This document shows, piece after piece, positions 42,537-51,278 of a stretch of 64,000 bases of DNA. A program made the position numbers and the translations under genes. Where the stretch lies: NCBI GenBank assembly GCA_044868125.1, contig JBIOWB010000143.1:2150-66149 (forward strand), given 5' to 3'. A model generated the notes under the pieces. It made no database searches. It saw nothing but the letters and a program-made list of their open reading frames with translations, and was not told the origin of the DNA. This DNA is from Solirubrobacterales bacterium. Its GTDB lineage: Bacteria; Actinomycetota; Thermoleophilia; Solirubrobacterales; 70-9. Position 1 is the stretch's first letter; every line of letters starts with the position of its first letter.

Positions 42537-43342
42537 CAGGCTTTTACCTCCCGGCTTTGGGTGCTCCCCGCGTATTCGTAGCCGAGTGCGCTGGTGTCGA
42601 GCACGTCCTGCACGGTCATGTCCAGCCCCCGCAGGACTTTGCCCCAGATCGTGGGACGCGGCCCCCGGTTCGAGTGTGTCGTCTGCCAGAGCGACCAGAG
42701 ACGATCGACCATCGTGTGGTGCGCCCAGAAGATCGGGTCATAAGCAGCGATGGCAACTACCCCCATCGAGCCCCCGACCCATCCGTGAACGCGATTGTGG
42801 AGCTGAATCTCCAACTGCAGGGAGAAGTCGTCGAAGTTCGGCAGTTCGAGGATTTCCTGGACTTTGGAGGCAGGCGGCAGCCCGGCCGGCTGCTGCGGGT
42901 TACGCGACGTATGGCTCGGCCAGCTTTCCCGTTCGGTCAGAAGCGGCGGCAGGTCGGAGCCCGCAAGCGGATTGGGAGAGCCTTCAGCCTCTTCGTCTTT
43001 GAAGGCGGCGGGGATTCCGGTGGCACGCGATGCTGGCCAGTCCCACCAAGGGAGCATCGCCAATGGTTCTTTGGTCTGGAGGGCAAGCTCGAGCCGGTAC
43101 AGGTAAGCGCGATGCCAGGGCAAGAAGAGGTTGTCGAAGCTGTTGATCGAGTGCTCGCATTTGTTGCGGGGAACACCGTGCAGTCCCGCCCAGTACCAGA
43201 ACCCGTTGGTGTCGCGGAGTTTTTGAATCTCCCGGAAGCCGGCCCGCAGGGCTTTCAGCTGGTCCGGTCGCAGCTTGGCGATGCTCTTGCGATGCCGGAT
43301 GCGCGGATTCGGCTGGATCGGCGAGCGATGCGGGGTGGCCAT
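42536..43342 (-). CDS. tyrosinase / type-3 copper polyphenol oxidase
   Basis: CuA site is HGV...CEH...FLPWHRAYL. CuB site is HNRVHGWVGG...DPIFWAHHTMVDRLW. Confidence 0.85.
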   Translation of the reverse strand: MATPHRSPIQPNPRIRHRKSIAKLRPDQLKALRAGFREIQKLRDTNGFWYWAGLHGVPRNKCEHSINSFDNLFLPWHRAYLYRLELALQTKEPLAMLPWWDWPASRATGIPAAFKDEEAEGSPNPLAGSDLPPLLTERESWPSHTSRNPQQPAGLPPASKVQEILELPNFDDFSLQLEIQLHNRVHGWVGGSMGVVAIAAYDPIFWAHHTMVDRLWSLWQTTHSNRGPRPTIWGKVLRGLDMTVQDVLDTSALGYEYAGSTQSREVKA

Positions 43343-43348
43343 GGAACG

Positions 43349-43378
43349 AACCTAGGCAGCCCCTTCCTATGGCGTCAA
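43349..43378 (-). promoter_or_regulatory. candidate promoter of the tyrosinase module: TTGACG, 18-nt spacer, TAGGTT, 6 nt, then ATG (leaderless)
   Basis: Minus strand has TTGACG at 43378-43373 and TAGGTT at 43354-43349, with the ATG at 43342. Confidence 0.45.
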
Positions 43379-43421
43379 CTCTCTTTATTGAATACCGAGT
43401 TGTTGCTGCAAAAGAAGCCGC

Positions 43422-43997
43422 TCATTGCGTGGATCCGATCGGCTTCGCGGGAGCGCCGGCGACGATCGTTCCCCTGTCGACGTCCCGGTTCACGACCGAG
43501 TTGGCGCCGATCACGCAGCGGTCGCCGATCTTGACGCCGCTGGTGACGACGCAGTTGACGCCGAACCAGCAATTGGAGCCGATCTGCACGGGCCCCTTCG
43601 AGGTGAAGCCCTGCCAGGTGATCGGCTGGGTCGGATCGTCGTAGCGGTGCTCGGCGTCGCCGACGAAGCAGCCGTTGGCGAACATCGTGTGGTCCCCGAT
43701 CGTCACGCTCTCCTGGGCGGCGATCATCACGTTGCGGTTGAGGAAGCAGCCCTCGCCGATCTCGATCCGCGCCCCCGGTGCCAGGGTCAGCCAGCAGCCC
43801 GGCTCCAGCAACGTCCCGGCGCCGATCTTCAGCCGCCCCTCGTCGAGCGCCTCCAGGATCTCGCCCTCGACCGGATGGCGGACGAAGAAGCCGCCGCGGG
43901 CGGCGTGCCGGTTGATCCACCACCGCCGCAGCAGGCGGTGGTTGCGCTCATACCAGCGCCGCTTCGCCCACCACAACCGCCAACCGCTCGTAGCCAC
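43422..43997 (-). CDS. hexapeptide-repeat (LbH) acetyltransferase
   Basis: IGEGCFLNRNVMI...IGDHTMFANGCFV...IGSNCWFGVNCVV...IGDRCVIGANSVV. Confidence 0.8.
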   Translation of the reverse strand: MATSGWRLWWAKRRWYERNHRLLRRWWINRHAARGGFFVRHPVEGEILEALDEGRLKIGAGTLLEPGCWLTLAPGARIEIGEGCFLNRNVMIAAQESVTIGDHTMFANGCFVGDAEHRYDDPTQPITWQGFTSKGPVQIGSNCWFGVNCVVTSGVKIGDRCVIGANSVVNRDVDRGTIVAGAPAKPIGSTQ

Positions 43998-44003
43998 GCG
44001 CCC

Positions 44004-44009
44004 ACCCTA
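44004..44009 (-). promoter_or_regulatory. candidate -10 box TAGGGT, 6 nt upstream of GTG 43997 (leaderless geometry)
   Basis: Minus strand reads TAGGGTgggcgcGTG. Confidence 0.35.
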
Positions 44010-44012
44010 GAC

Positions 44013-44059
44013 GCCGACGGGACGAAAACGGTCCATGCGAGCGGTTTCGTCCTGCCGGC
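44013..44059. repeat. palindromic element, copy 3 (diverged; long imperfect helix, 11-nt loop)
   Basis: GCCGACGGGACGAAAACG pairs with CGGTTTCGTCCTGCCGGC. Shares the GACGGGACGA arm and the GGTCCAT spacer core with copies 1 and 2. Confidence 0.65.
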
Positions 44060-44071
44060 AGGGAAGCGGCT

Positions 44072-44077
44072 TAGACT
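44072..44077 (+). promoter_or_regulatory. candidate -10 box TAGACT, 6 nt upstream of ATG 44084 (leaderless geometry)
   Basis: TAGACTggcgcgATG. Confidence 0.4.
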
Positions 44078-44083
44078 GGCGCG

Positions 44084-45043
44084 ATGGCTGAGCTGCGCGG
44101 CGGCATCGATCTCGGCGGCACGAAGATCCAGACGGCCATCGTCGACGCCGCGGGCGAGGTCGTCGGCGAAGCGCGCGAGCCGACGCCGACCGAGGGCGGC
44201 CCCGAAGACGTCGCGGCGGCGATGGCGAAGGCGCTGCGCGAGGCCGCCGAAGGCGCCGGCGTGGAGCCGAGCGAGCTGGCGGGCGTCGGTGTCGGGTCCC
44301 CCGGCGATGCCGACGAGAAGACCGGCGTCGTCTCATCGGCCCGGAACCTGCCCGGCTGGGAAGGCAGGTTCGCGCTGGCCGAAGAGCTGAGCGAGGCACT
44401 CGGCACCCAGGTCAGGGTCGGCAACGACGTCCAGGTCGCGACCGAAGCCGAGTTCCACCTCGGCGCCGGCAAGGAGTTCCAGAGCCTGATCGGGGTCTTC
44501 TGGGGGACCGGCGTCGGCGGCGGCCTCGTCCTCGACGGCAAGCCGTGGCTGGGTCGTGGCGCCGCCGGCGAGATCGGCCACGTGGTCGTCAAGCGTGGCG
44601 GCCACAGGTGCCCCTGTGGGCGCCGGGGCTGCCTCGAGGCCTACGCCGGCCGCAAAGCGATGGAAGAGGAGGCGCAGCGGCGGCACAGGGAGGGCGAGAA
44701 GACCGACCTCTTCAAGCTGATGGAGAAGCACGGAAGACCGCGCCTCACCAGCGGCATCTGGGAGCGCGCCCTCGACCGCGAGGACAAGCTCGCCGAGCAC
44801 CTGATCGAGCGCGCGATCGAGGCGCTCGGCACCGGCATCGCCTCGGCGATCAACCTGCTCGACGTCGAAGCGGTGATCCTCGGCGGCGGCCTCGGCATCC
44901 GCTTCGGCGAGCGGCTGATGGATCCGCTGACGGAGGAGATGCTCGAGCACCTCTTCATCGACGAGCGCCCACCGGCGGTGCGGGTCGCCTCGCTCGGCGA
45001 CCTCGGCGGCGCGATCGGGGCTTCCCTGCTGATCTCTCGCTAG
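44084..45043 (+). CDS. glk: ROK-family glucokinase
   Basis: GIDLGGTKIQ, EFHLGAG, and the ROK zinc motif GHRCPCGRRGCLEAY. Confidence 0.85.
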   Translation: MAELRGGIDLGGTKIQTAIVDAAGEVVGEAREPTPTEGGPEDVAAAMAKALREAAEGAGVEPSELAGVGVGSPGDADEKTGVVSSARNLPGWEGRFALAEELSEALGTQVRVGNDVQVATEAEFHLGAGKEFQSLIGVFWGTGVGGGLVLDGKPWLGRGAAGEIGHVVVKRGGHRCPCGRRGCLEAYAGRKAMEEEAQRRHREGEKTDLFKLMEKHGRPRLTSGIWERALDREDKLAEHLIERAIEALGTGIASAINLLDVEAVILGGGLGIRFGERLMDPLTEEMLEHLFIDERPPAVRVASLGDLGGAIGASLLISR

Positions 45044-46266
45044 ACCCGGCCGGAAGCCTGGCGCTGCTGCCGCGCGACGGCGTCGACCAGGACCGCGAGC
45101 AGGAGGACGCCGCCGGTGACCATGAACTTGACCGCCGAGGAGAGGGCGAGCAGGTCCATCCCGTTGGAGATCGAGCCGATCACCAGAGCGCCGAGCAGGG
45201 CCGTCCAGACCGAGCCGCGACCGCCGAAGAGGCTGGTCCCGGCGATCACGGGGCCGGCGATCGCCAGCAGCAGCAGTTCGTTGCCGCCGGAGTTCTGGTT
45301 GACCGCGAGCAGGCGCGAGGCGGCCAGGACGCCGCCGATCGCCGCCATCGTCCCGGCGATCCCGAAGACCGCGACGCGGATGCCGTTGACGCTGATCCCG
45401 GCGCGGCGCGCCGCCTCGGAATTGCCGCCCACCGCGTAGACGTGGCGGCCGAAGCCGGTCATCTTCACCACGTACTCCATGCCGACGACGAAGGCCATCA
45501 GGATCAGCAGCGCCAGGGGCAGGCCGCGATCCGAGTTGAGGACCGCGATCGCGACGATCACCACCGCCGCGACCGCGACGAAGCGGACGATCAACGAGGT
45601 CGGGCTCTGGGTGTCGAGCCCGGCGTCGCGACGGCGTTTGTAGCCGATCGCCAGCACCGCGCCGTAGGCCGCGATCGCGATCGCGGCGAAGATCCAGCCG
45701 ACCGCGTCGGAGTAGAAGGTGTTGGCGAGGCCGGTGATCTTCGGGTCGGTGAGGTTGATCGACCCGGTCGACCCCAGCACTTGCAGCAACGCCCCCTGCC
45801 AGGCCAACAATCCCGCCAAGGTGACGACGAAGGAGGGCACGCCGAAGCGGCTGAAGAGGAAGCCCTGGAGGACACCGATCGCCAGCCCGACCACCACCGC
45901 GGCGGCGATCGCCAGGTACGGGCTCCAGCCGTGCTGGACGTTGAGCACCGCCATCACCGCCGCGGCGAGGCCGCTGACGGCACCGACCGAGAGGTCGATC
46001 TCCCCCAGCAGCAGCACGAAGACGATGCCAACCGAGATCAGCCCGACCGCGGTGATCTGCAGCATCAGGTTGGTCAGGTTCTCGGCCGAGAGGAAGCGGT
46101 CGTTCTCGAACTGGAAGATCGCCCAGATCAAGGCCAGGCCGATGACGACCCGCAGCGACGCCAGGTCCCCCTGGACGATCCGCCGCACCGTTTCGCGGCG
46201 GCTATTGCCCTCTTCCGAGGAGGCTTCGGGCCCCTGTGCTTCGGCGCTATCGACGGTCTCGCTCAT
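45040..46266 (-). CDS. sugar ABC transporter permease (xylose/ribose-type)
   Basis: Ten-TM branched permease pattern with GEIDLSVGAVSGL and GGRGSV. Confidence 0.85.
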   Translation of the reverse strand: MSETVDSAEAQGPEASSEEGNSRRETVRRIVQGDLASLRVVIGLALIWAIFQFENDRFLSAENLTNLMLQITAVGLISVGIVFVLLLGEIDLSVGAVSGLAAAVMAVLNVQHGWSPYLAIAAAVVVGLAIGVLQGFLFSRFGVPSFVVTLAGLLAWQGALLQVLGSTGSINLTDPKITGLANTFYSDAVGWIFAAIAIAAYGAVLAIGYKRRRDAGLDTQSPTSLIVRFVAVAAVVIVAIAVLNSDRGLPLALLILMAFVVGMEYVVKMTGFGRHVYAVGGNSEAARRAGISVNGIRVAVFGIAGTMAAIGGVLAASRLLAVNQNSGGNELLLLAIAGPVIAGTSLFGGRGSVWTALLGALVIGSISNGMDLLALSSAVKFMVTGGVLLLAVLVDAVARQQRQASGRV

Positions 46267-47075
46267 TTCTCCTCCCCCTCAGCCTTTTTCTGCTCCCCTT
46301 TGGCCTGTTCCCCGTTGCCTTCTTGACCGGCGCCGGTGATTGCCGAGACGACGTGCTCCTCGGTCGTCCGCTGGGCGTCGAACTCGCCGCCGGCCCGGCC
46401 GAGCCGCAGGACGAAGATCCGGTCGGCCACCTCGAAGACGTCGGCGAGGTTGTGGCTGATCACGACGACGCCGAGGTCGCGCTCGCGCAGGCGCCGGATC
46501 AGGTTCAGCACCTGGGCCGTCTGGGCCACGCCGAGGGCCGCCGTCGGCTCGTCCAGCAGCACTACTTTCGGCTCGCCCAGCAGGGAGCGCGCCACCGCGA
46601 CCTGCTGGCGCTGGCCGCCGGAGAGCGTCCCGACCTCGCTGCGCAGGCTCGGGATCGTCACCGCCAGGTTCGAGAGCAGGTCGCTGGTCTGGTGCTCCAT
46701 GTCGGCCTCGTCGAGCTGCCGGGTCAGCTGCCCCGGTCCCGCCGCCACCTCCTCGCGGCCGAGGAAGAGGTTGGCGACGACGTCGAGGTTGTCGCAGAGG
46801 GCGAGGTCCTGGTAGACGGTCGCGATCCCCAGTTCGACCGCGTCCTGGGGCCCTTTGATCTTCACTTCCTCGCCGTCGAAGCGGATCGTTCCCTCGTCGG
46901 TGGCGTGGATGCCGGCGATCGCCTTCACCATCGTCGACTTGCCGGCACCGTTGTCGCCGACGAGGCCGACCACCTCGCCGGCGTGGACGGCGAAGTCGAC
47001 CCGGTCCAGAGCTTGGACCGGGCCGAATCTCTTGCTGACTTTCTCCAGCTCCAGTAGGGGAGTGCCGGAGGCCAC
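46263..47075 (-). CDS. sugar ABC transporter ATP-binding protein (single NBD)
   Basis: GDNGAGKST Walker A, LSGGQRQ signature, VVLLDEPTA Walker B. Confidence 0.85.
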   Translation of the reverse strand: MASGTPLLELEKVSKRFGPVQALDRVDFAVHAGEVVGLVGDNGAGKSTMVKAIAGIHATDEGTIRFDGEEVKIKGPQDAVELGIATVYQDLALCDNLDVVANLFLGREEVAAGPGQLTRQLDEADMEHQTSDLLSNLAVTIPSLRSEVGTLSGGQRQQVAVARSLLGEPKVVLLDEPTAALGVAQTAQVLNLIRRLRERDLGVVVISHNLADVFEVADRIFVLRLGRAGGEFDAQRTTEEHVVSAITGAGQEGNGEQAKGEQKKAEGEEK

Positions 47076-47080
47076 TCACA

Positions 47081-48202
47081 TCACCCGGAGATCCCGGCTT
47101 CTTTGCACGCGGCCTTGTACGGGCCGGTGCAGAGTTCGCCGGCGGTGACGAACCCGTCGGCGACCACCGTGCTCTTGACGTTTTCTTTCGTCACGGCCTG
47201 CGGTTCGAGCAGCGCCGACGGCACGTCGATCTTGCCGTTGTTGACTTTCTCGGTGAGTTTGTCTTTCGGCGCTTCTTTGCCTTCGGCGAGGGCGATCGCG
47301 ATTTCGGCGCTGATCTTCGCCTCCGGTTCGATTTCCTTGTACACGGTCATGTACTGCTGGCCGGCGAGCACCCGCTGCAGGCCGGCGACCGTCGCGTCCT
47401 GACCGGTGACCGGCTTTTCTTCGGGATTGATCCCGGCGCCTTTCATCGCCGCGATCGCGCCGCCGCCGGTGTCGTCGTTGGCCGCGTAGATCCCGGCGAA
47501 GCCGCTCTTGCCGAGCGCGGTGATCGCCTGCTGCGCCTCGCGCTGGGCGTTTTCGGCGGACCAGCCGGGCGTGTCGTATTCCTTGGCGACCTGGACGCCT
47601 TCTTTTTCGAAGGCGTTGTGGGCGCCTTTCTTGAACAGCGCCGCGTTCGGGTCGGCCGGGTCGCCGTTGATCATGATGATCGGGCCGCTGGCGCTGCCGT
47701 CTTCTTTCAGTTTCTTCGAGAGCGTTTCGCCCTGGAGTTCACCGACTTTTTCGTTGTCGAAGGAGACGTAGGCGTCGATTTCGGCGTTTTCGATCAAGCG
47801 GTCGTAGCTGACCACCGGCACCTGCTGGGCCTTCGCCTTTTCGGCGATCGCCGCCGCCGATTTCGAGTCCATCGGGTCGACGACGAGCACTTCCGCGCCC
47901 TGGGTCAGCGCCGATTCCGCCTGACTCTGCTGTTTGGAGGCGTCACCGCCGGCGTTGAGGTAGATGACTTCGCAGTCTTCGCATTCTTCTTCGACTGCCT
48001 TTTCGAAGTCGGGCTTGTCGTCCGATTCGTAGCGGGGCGTTTCGTTTTCCGGCAGCAGCAGGGCGATCTTCGGCCCACCTCCGCCGCCACCGCCGCCGCA
48101 ACCGGCGACCAGGAGACCAACCGCCAGCAGCGCGCAACCCATGAACGCCAGTCGTCGCAACAACGCAGATCGGAACATGACCCTCCTCCTTGGGATTGGC
48201 AC
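47081..48202 (-). CDS. sugar ABC transporter periplasmic-type substrate-binding lipoprotein
   Basis: LLAVGLLVAGCGGGGGG lipobox. PBP type-1 fold pattern (VVSYDRL, ANDDTGGGA). Confidence 0.85.
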   Translation of the reverse strand: MPIPRRRVMFRSALLRRLAFMGCALLAVGLLVAGCGGGGGGGGPKIALLLPENETPRYESDDKPDFEKAVEEECEDCEVIYLNAGGDASKQQSQAESALTQGAEVLVVDPMDSKSAAAIAEKAKAQQVPVVSYDRLIENAEIDAYVSFDNEKVGELQGETLSKKLKEDGSASGPIIMINGDPADPNAALFKKGAHNAFEKEGVQVAKEYDTPGWSAENAQREAQQAITALGKSGFAGIYAANDDTGGGAIAAMKGAGINPEEKPVTGQDATVAGLQRVLAGQQYMTVYKEIEPEAKISAEIAIALAEGKEAPKDKLTEKVNNGKIDVPSALLEPQAVTKENVKSTVVADGFVTAGELCTGPYKAACKEAGISG

Positions 48203-48297
48203 CCTGACCAGTACCCCAGCGCAGACGTTTCATTCACTGCCGGAGAGGAAGCGGTCAATCCAGGACGAGCGGCAGCAAGGACTGTCTGTCCGTTGGC

Positions 48298-51174
48298 CTA
48301 AGCGGCCACCGGCGCGCGCCCCGGGGAGCGCTTGCGCTTTGCCGGCTCGACCAGCTCGGCGAGGAAGCGCCCGGTGTAGGAGCCCGACGTGGCGGCGACC
48401 TCCTCCGGAGTGCCCGTGGCGACGACCTCCCCGCCGCCTTCGCCGCCCTCGGGGCCGAGGTCGACCAGCCAGTCGGCGGTCTTGATCACGTCGAGGTTGT
48501 GCTCGATCACGACCACGGTGTTACCGGCGTCGACCAGGCGGCCGAGCACGTCGAGCAGCCGCTGGACGTCGGCGAAATGGAGGCCGGTGGTCGGCTCGTC
48601 GAGGATGTAGAGGGTGTCGCCGGTGGCGACTTTGGAGAGCTCGGTCGCCAGCTTCACCCGCTGCGCCTCGCCCCCGGAGAGCGTCGTCGCCGGTTGCCCG
48701 AGGCGGATGTAGCCGAGGCCGACGTCGTTGAGGGTGCGCAGGCGGCGGGCGATCTTCGGCACGTTCTCGAAGAACTCGACCGCCTCCTCCACCGACATCT
48801 CCAGCACGTCGGCGATGTTCTTTCCCTTGAAGCGAACCTCGAGCGTCTCGCGGTTGTAGCGCTTGCCGTGGCACTGCTCGCAGGGCACGTAGACGTCGGG
48901 CAGGAAGTGCATCTCGATCTTGATCTGGCCGTCGCCCTTGCAGACCTCGCAGCGGCCGCCCTTGACGTTGAAGCTGAAGCGACCGGGCTTGTAGCCGCGC
49001 GCCCGCGCCTCCTGGGTCTGGGTGAAGAGCGCCCGGATGTGGTCGAAGACGCCGGTGTAGGTGGCCGGGTTCGAGCGCGGCGTGCGGCCGATCGGCGACT
49101 GGTCGATGTTGATGATCTTGTCGATCTGGCTGAGGCCGTCGATCCCGTCGTGGGCACCGGGCCGCAGCTTCGCCTGGTGGAGGCGGTTGGCGACCGCGTG
49201 GTGGAGCGTCTCGTTCACCAGCGTCGACTTGCCGGAGCCGGAGACGCCGGTGACGCAGCAGAAGACGCCGAGCGGGACCATCACGTCGACGTCCTTGAGG
49301 TTGTGTTCGCGCGCCCCGCGCACCACCAGGGTGCCGGTCGGCTGCCGCCGCTCCTCCGGCACGTCGATCCGTTTCTTGCCGGAGAGGTACTGGCCGGTCA
49401 GCGAGCTCGGGTTCTTCGAGACCTCCTTCGGCGTTCCGGCCGCGATCACGTGGCCGCCGTGCTCGCCCGCTCCCGGCCCGAGGTCGACCAGGTGGTCGGC
49501 GGCCAGCATCGTCCCCTCGTCGTGCTCGACGACGATCACGGTGTTGCCGAGGTCGCGCAGGCGGTCGAGCGTCGCGATCAGCTTCTCGTTGTCGCGCTGG
49601 TGGAGGCCGATCGAGGGCTCGTCGAGCACGTACATCACTCCGACCAGGTGCGAGCCGATCTGGGTCGCCAGACGGATCCGCTGCGCCTCGCCGCCCGAGA
49701 GCGTGCGGGCCGAGCGCGAGAGCGAGAGGTAGCCGATGCCGACGTTCTCGAGGAAGGAGAGCCGTTCGGTGATCTCGCGCACGATCAGCCGCGCGATCGC
49801 CCGCTCGGTCTCGGTCATCTCAAGCTCGCGGATCCACGCCGCAGCCGCGTGGGCCGAGAGGTCGCCGTACTCGGCGATGCTGAGCCCGCCGACCTTGACC
49901 GCGAGACTCTCCGGCCGCAGCCGCGCCCCGCCGCAGGCGGGACAGGGCTGCTCCGCCATGTAGCCCTCGATCCGCTCCCGGTTGGACTCCGAATCGGTCT
50001 CTTCGTAGCGACGCTGCAGGTGGTTGACGATCCCCTCGAAGCGCACCCGGTAGGAGCGGCGCCGCCCGAAGCGGTTGGTGTAGGAGACGTGGTGACGCTC
50101 GCCGTCGGTGCCGAAGAGGAAGATCTCCTTTTCGGACTGCTTCAGCTTCGACCAGGGCTTGTCGACGTCGACGTCGTAGGTTTCGGCGACCGAGGCGATC
50201 AGCCGCCGCCAGTAGGCGGTGACGCCGCGGTTCCAGGGCTGCAGCGCCCCCTCGGCCAGCGAGAGCGTCGGATCGGGAACGACCAGCTCGGGATCGATCA
50301 CGCGCTGGAAGCCGAGCCCGTGGCAGCGATCGCAGGCGCCATGGGGCGAGTTGAAGGAGAAGATCCGCGGCTCCAGCTCGGGGATCGAGGTCCCACAGTT
50401 GAGGCAGGCGAACTGCTCGGAGAAGAGCATCACCTCGCCCTCCTGGGCGCCGCTGACGATTTCGACTTCGATCAGGCCCGCTGCGAGACCCGCCGCCGCT
50501 TCCACCGACTCCGAGAGGCGGCGCCGCAGCTCCGCCTTCATCACCAGCCGGTCGACGACGATCGAGACGTCGTGTTTGTACTTCTTGTCGAGCTCTATCT
50601 CCTCGTCGAGCCGGCGCAGATCGCCGTCGACCTTGGCCCGGGAGTAACCCTCGAGCCGCATCTGGTCGAGCAATTTCCCGTACTCGCCTTTGCGTCCGCG
50701 GACGACCGGCGCCATCACCATGAATTTGGTCTCGTCCGCCAGCGTCATCAGCCGGTCGACGATCTGCTCCTGGGTCTGGCCGGTGATCTCCTCGCCGCAC
50801 TCGGGGCAGTGCGGGGTGCCGATCCGCGCCCAGAGCAGCCGCAGGTAGTCGTAGATCTCGGTCACGGTCCCGACCGTCGAGCGCGGGTTGCGCGAGGTCG
50901 TCTTCTGGTCGATCGAGATCGCCGGCGAGAGCCCCTCGATCGAATCGACGTCGGGCTTCTCCATCAACCCGAGGAACTGCCGCGCGTAAGCCGACAGCGA
51001 CTCCACGTAGCGCCGCTGCCCCTCGGCGTAGATCGTGTCGAAGGCAAGGCTCGACTTCCCCGACCCGGAGAGGCCGGTGATGACGATCAGCGCGTCCCGG
51101 GGCAGCTCGACGTCGATGTCCTTGAGGTTGTGCTCCCGGGCGCCGGAGATGACGATTCGCTCAGAGGCGGCCAC
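48298..51174 (-). CDS. uvrA: excinuclease ABC subunit A
   Basis: [23 protein letters not shown], two ABC modules, zinc fingers CPECG / CLNCG / CEVC...CEQC. Confidence 0.95.
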   Translation of the reverse strand: MAASERIVISGAREHNLKDIDVELPRDALIVITGLSGSGKSSLAFDTIYAEGQRRYVESLSAYARQFLGLMEKPDVDSIEGLSPAISIDQKTTSRNPRSTVGTVTEIYDYLRLLWARIGTPHCPECGEEITGQTQEQIVDRLMTLADETKFMVMAPVVRGRKGEYGKLLDQMRLEGYSRAKVDGDLRRLDEEIELDKKYKHDVSIVVDRLVMKAELRRRLSESVEAAAGLAAGLIEVEIVSGAQEGEVMLFSEQFACLNCGTSIPELEPRIFSFNSPHGACDRCHGLGFQRVIDPELVVPDPTLSLAEGALQPWNRGVTAYWRRLIASVAETYDVDVDKPWSKLKQSEKEIFLFGTDGERHHVSYTNRFGRRRSYRVRFEGIVNHLQRRYEETDSESNRERIEGYMAEQPCPACGGARLRPESLAVKVGGLSIAEYGDLSAHAAAAWIRELEMTETERAIARLIVREITERLSFLENVGIGYLSLSRSARTLSGGEAQRIRLATQIGSHLVGVMYVLDEPSIGLHQRDNEKLIATLDRLRDLGNTVIVVEHDEGTMLAADHLVDLGPGAGEHGGHVIAAGTPKEVSKNPSSLTGQYLSGKKRIDVPEERRQPTGTLVVRGAREHNLKDVDVMVPLGVFCCVTGVSGSGKSTLVNETLHHAVANRLHQAKLRPGAHDGIDGLSQIDKIINIDQSPIGRTPRSNPATYTGVFDHIRALFTQTQEARARGYKPGRFSFNVKGGRCEVCKGDGQIKIEMHFLPDVYVPCEQCHGKRYNRETLEVRFKGKNIADVLEMSVEEAVEFFENVPKIARRLRTLNDVGLGYIRLGQPATTLSGGEAQRVKLATELSKVATGDTLYILDEPTTGLHFADVQRLLDVLGRLVDAGNTVVVIEHNLDVIKTADWLVDLGPEGGEGGGEVVATGTPEEVAATSGSYTGRFLAELVEPAKRKRSPGRAPVAA

Positions 51175-51183
51175 TTGTTTCCG

Positions 51184-51189
51184 ATTCTA
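51184..51189 (-). promoter_or_regulatory. candidate -10 box TAGAAT, 9 nt upstream of uvrA GTG 51174
   Basis: Minus strand reads ggcTAGAATcggaaacaaGTG. Confidence 0.35.
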
Positions 51190-51195
51190 GCCAGG

Positions 51196-51209
51196 CGAAC
51201 AGATGTTCC
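51196..51209. promoter_or_regulatory. LexA (SOS) box CGAACAGATGTTCC upstream of uvrA
   Basis: Fits the Gram-positive SOS box consensus CGAACRNRYGTTYC (GAAC-N4-GTTC palindrome). It lies 6 nt upstream of the candidate -10. Confidence 0.6.
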
Positions 51210-51215
51210 CAAGGT

Positions 51216-51258
51216 GCTCCGGTCATTTGTGTCGCTATGCGGGACAAATGACCGGAGC
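51216..51258. terminator. perfect 15-bp inverted repeat with 13-nt loop, 21 nt after the uvrB stop
   Basis: GCTCCGGTCATTTGT (51216-51230) and ACAAATGACCGGAGC (51244-51258). Confidence 0.5.
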
Positions 51259-51278
51259 GCTCGGCCGAGGGCCGCCGC

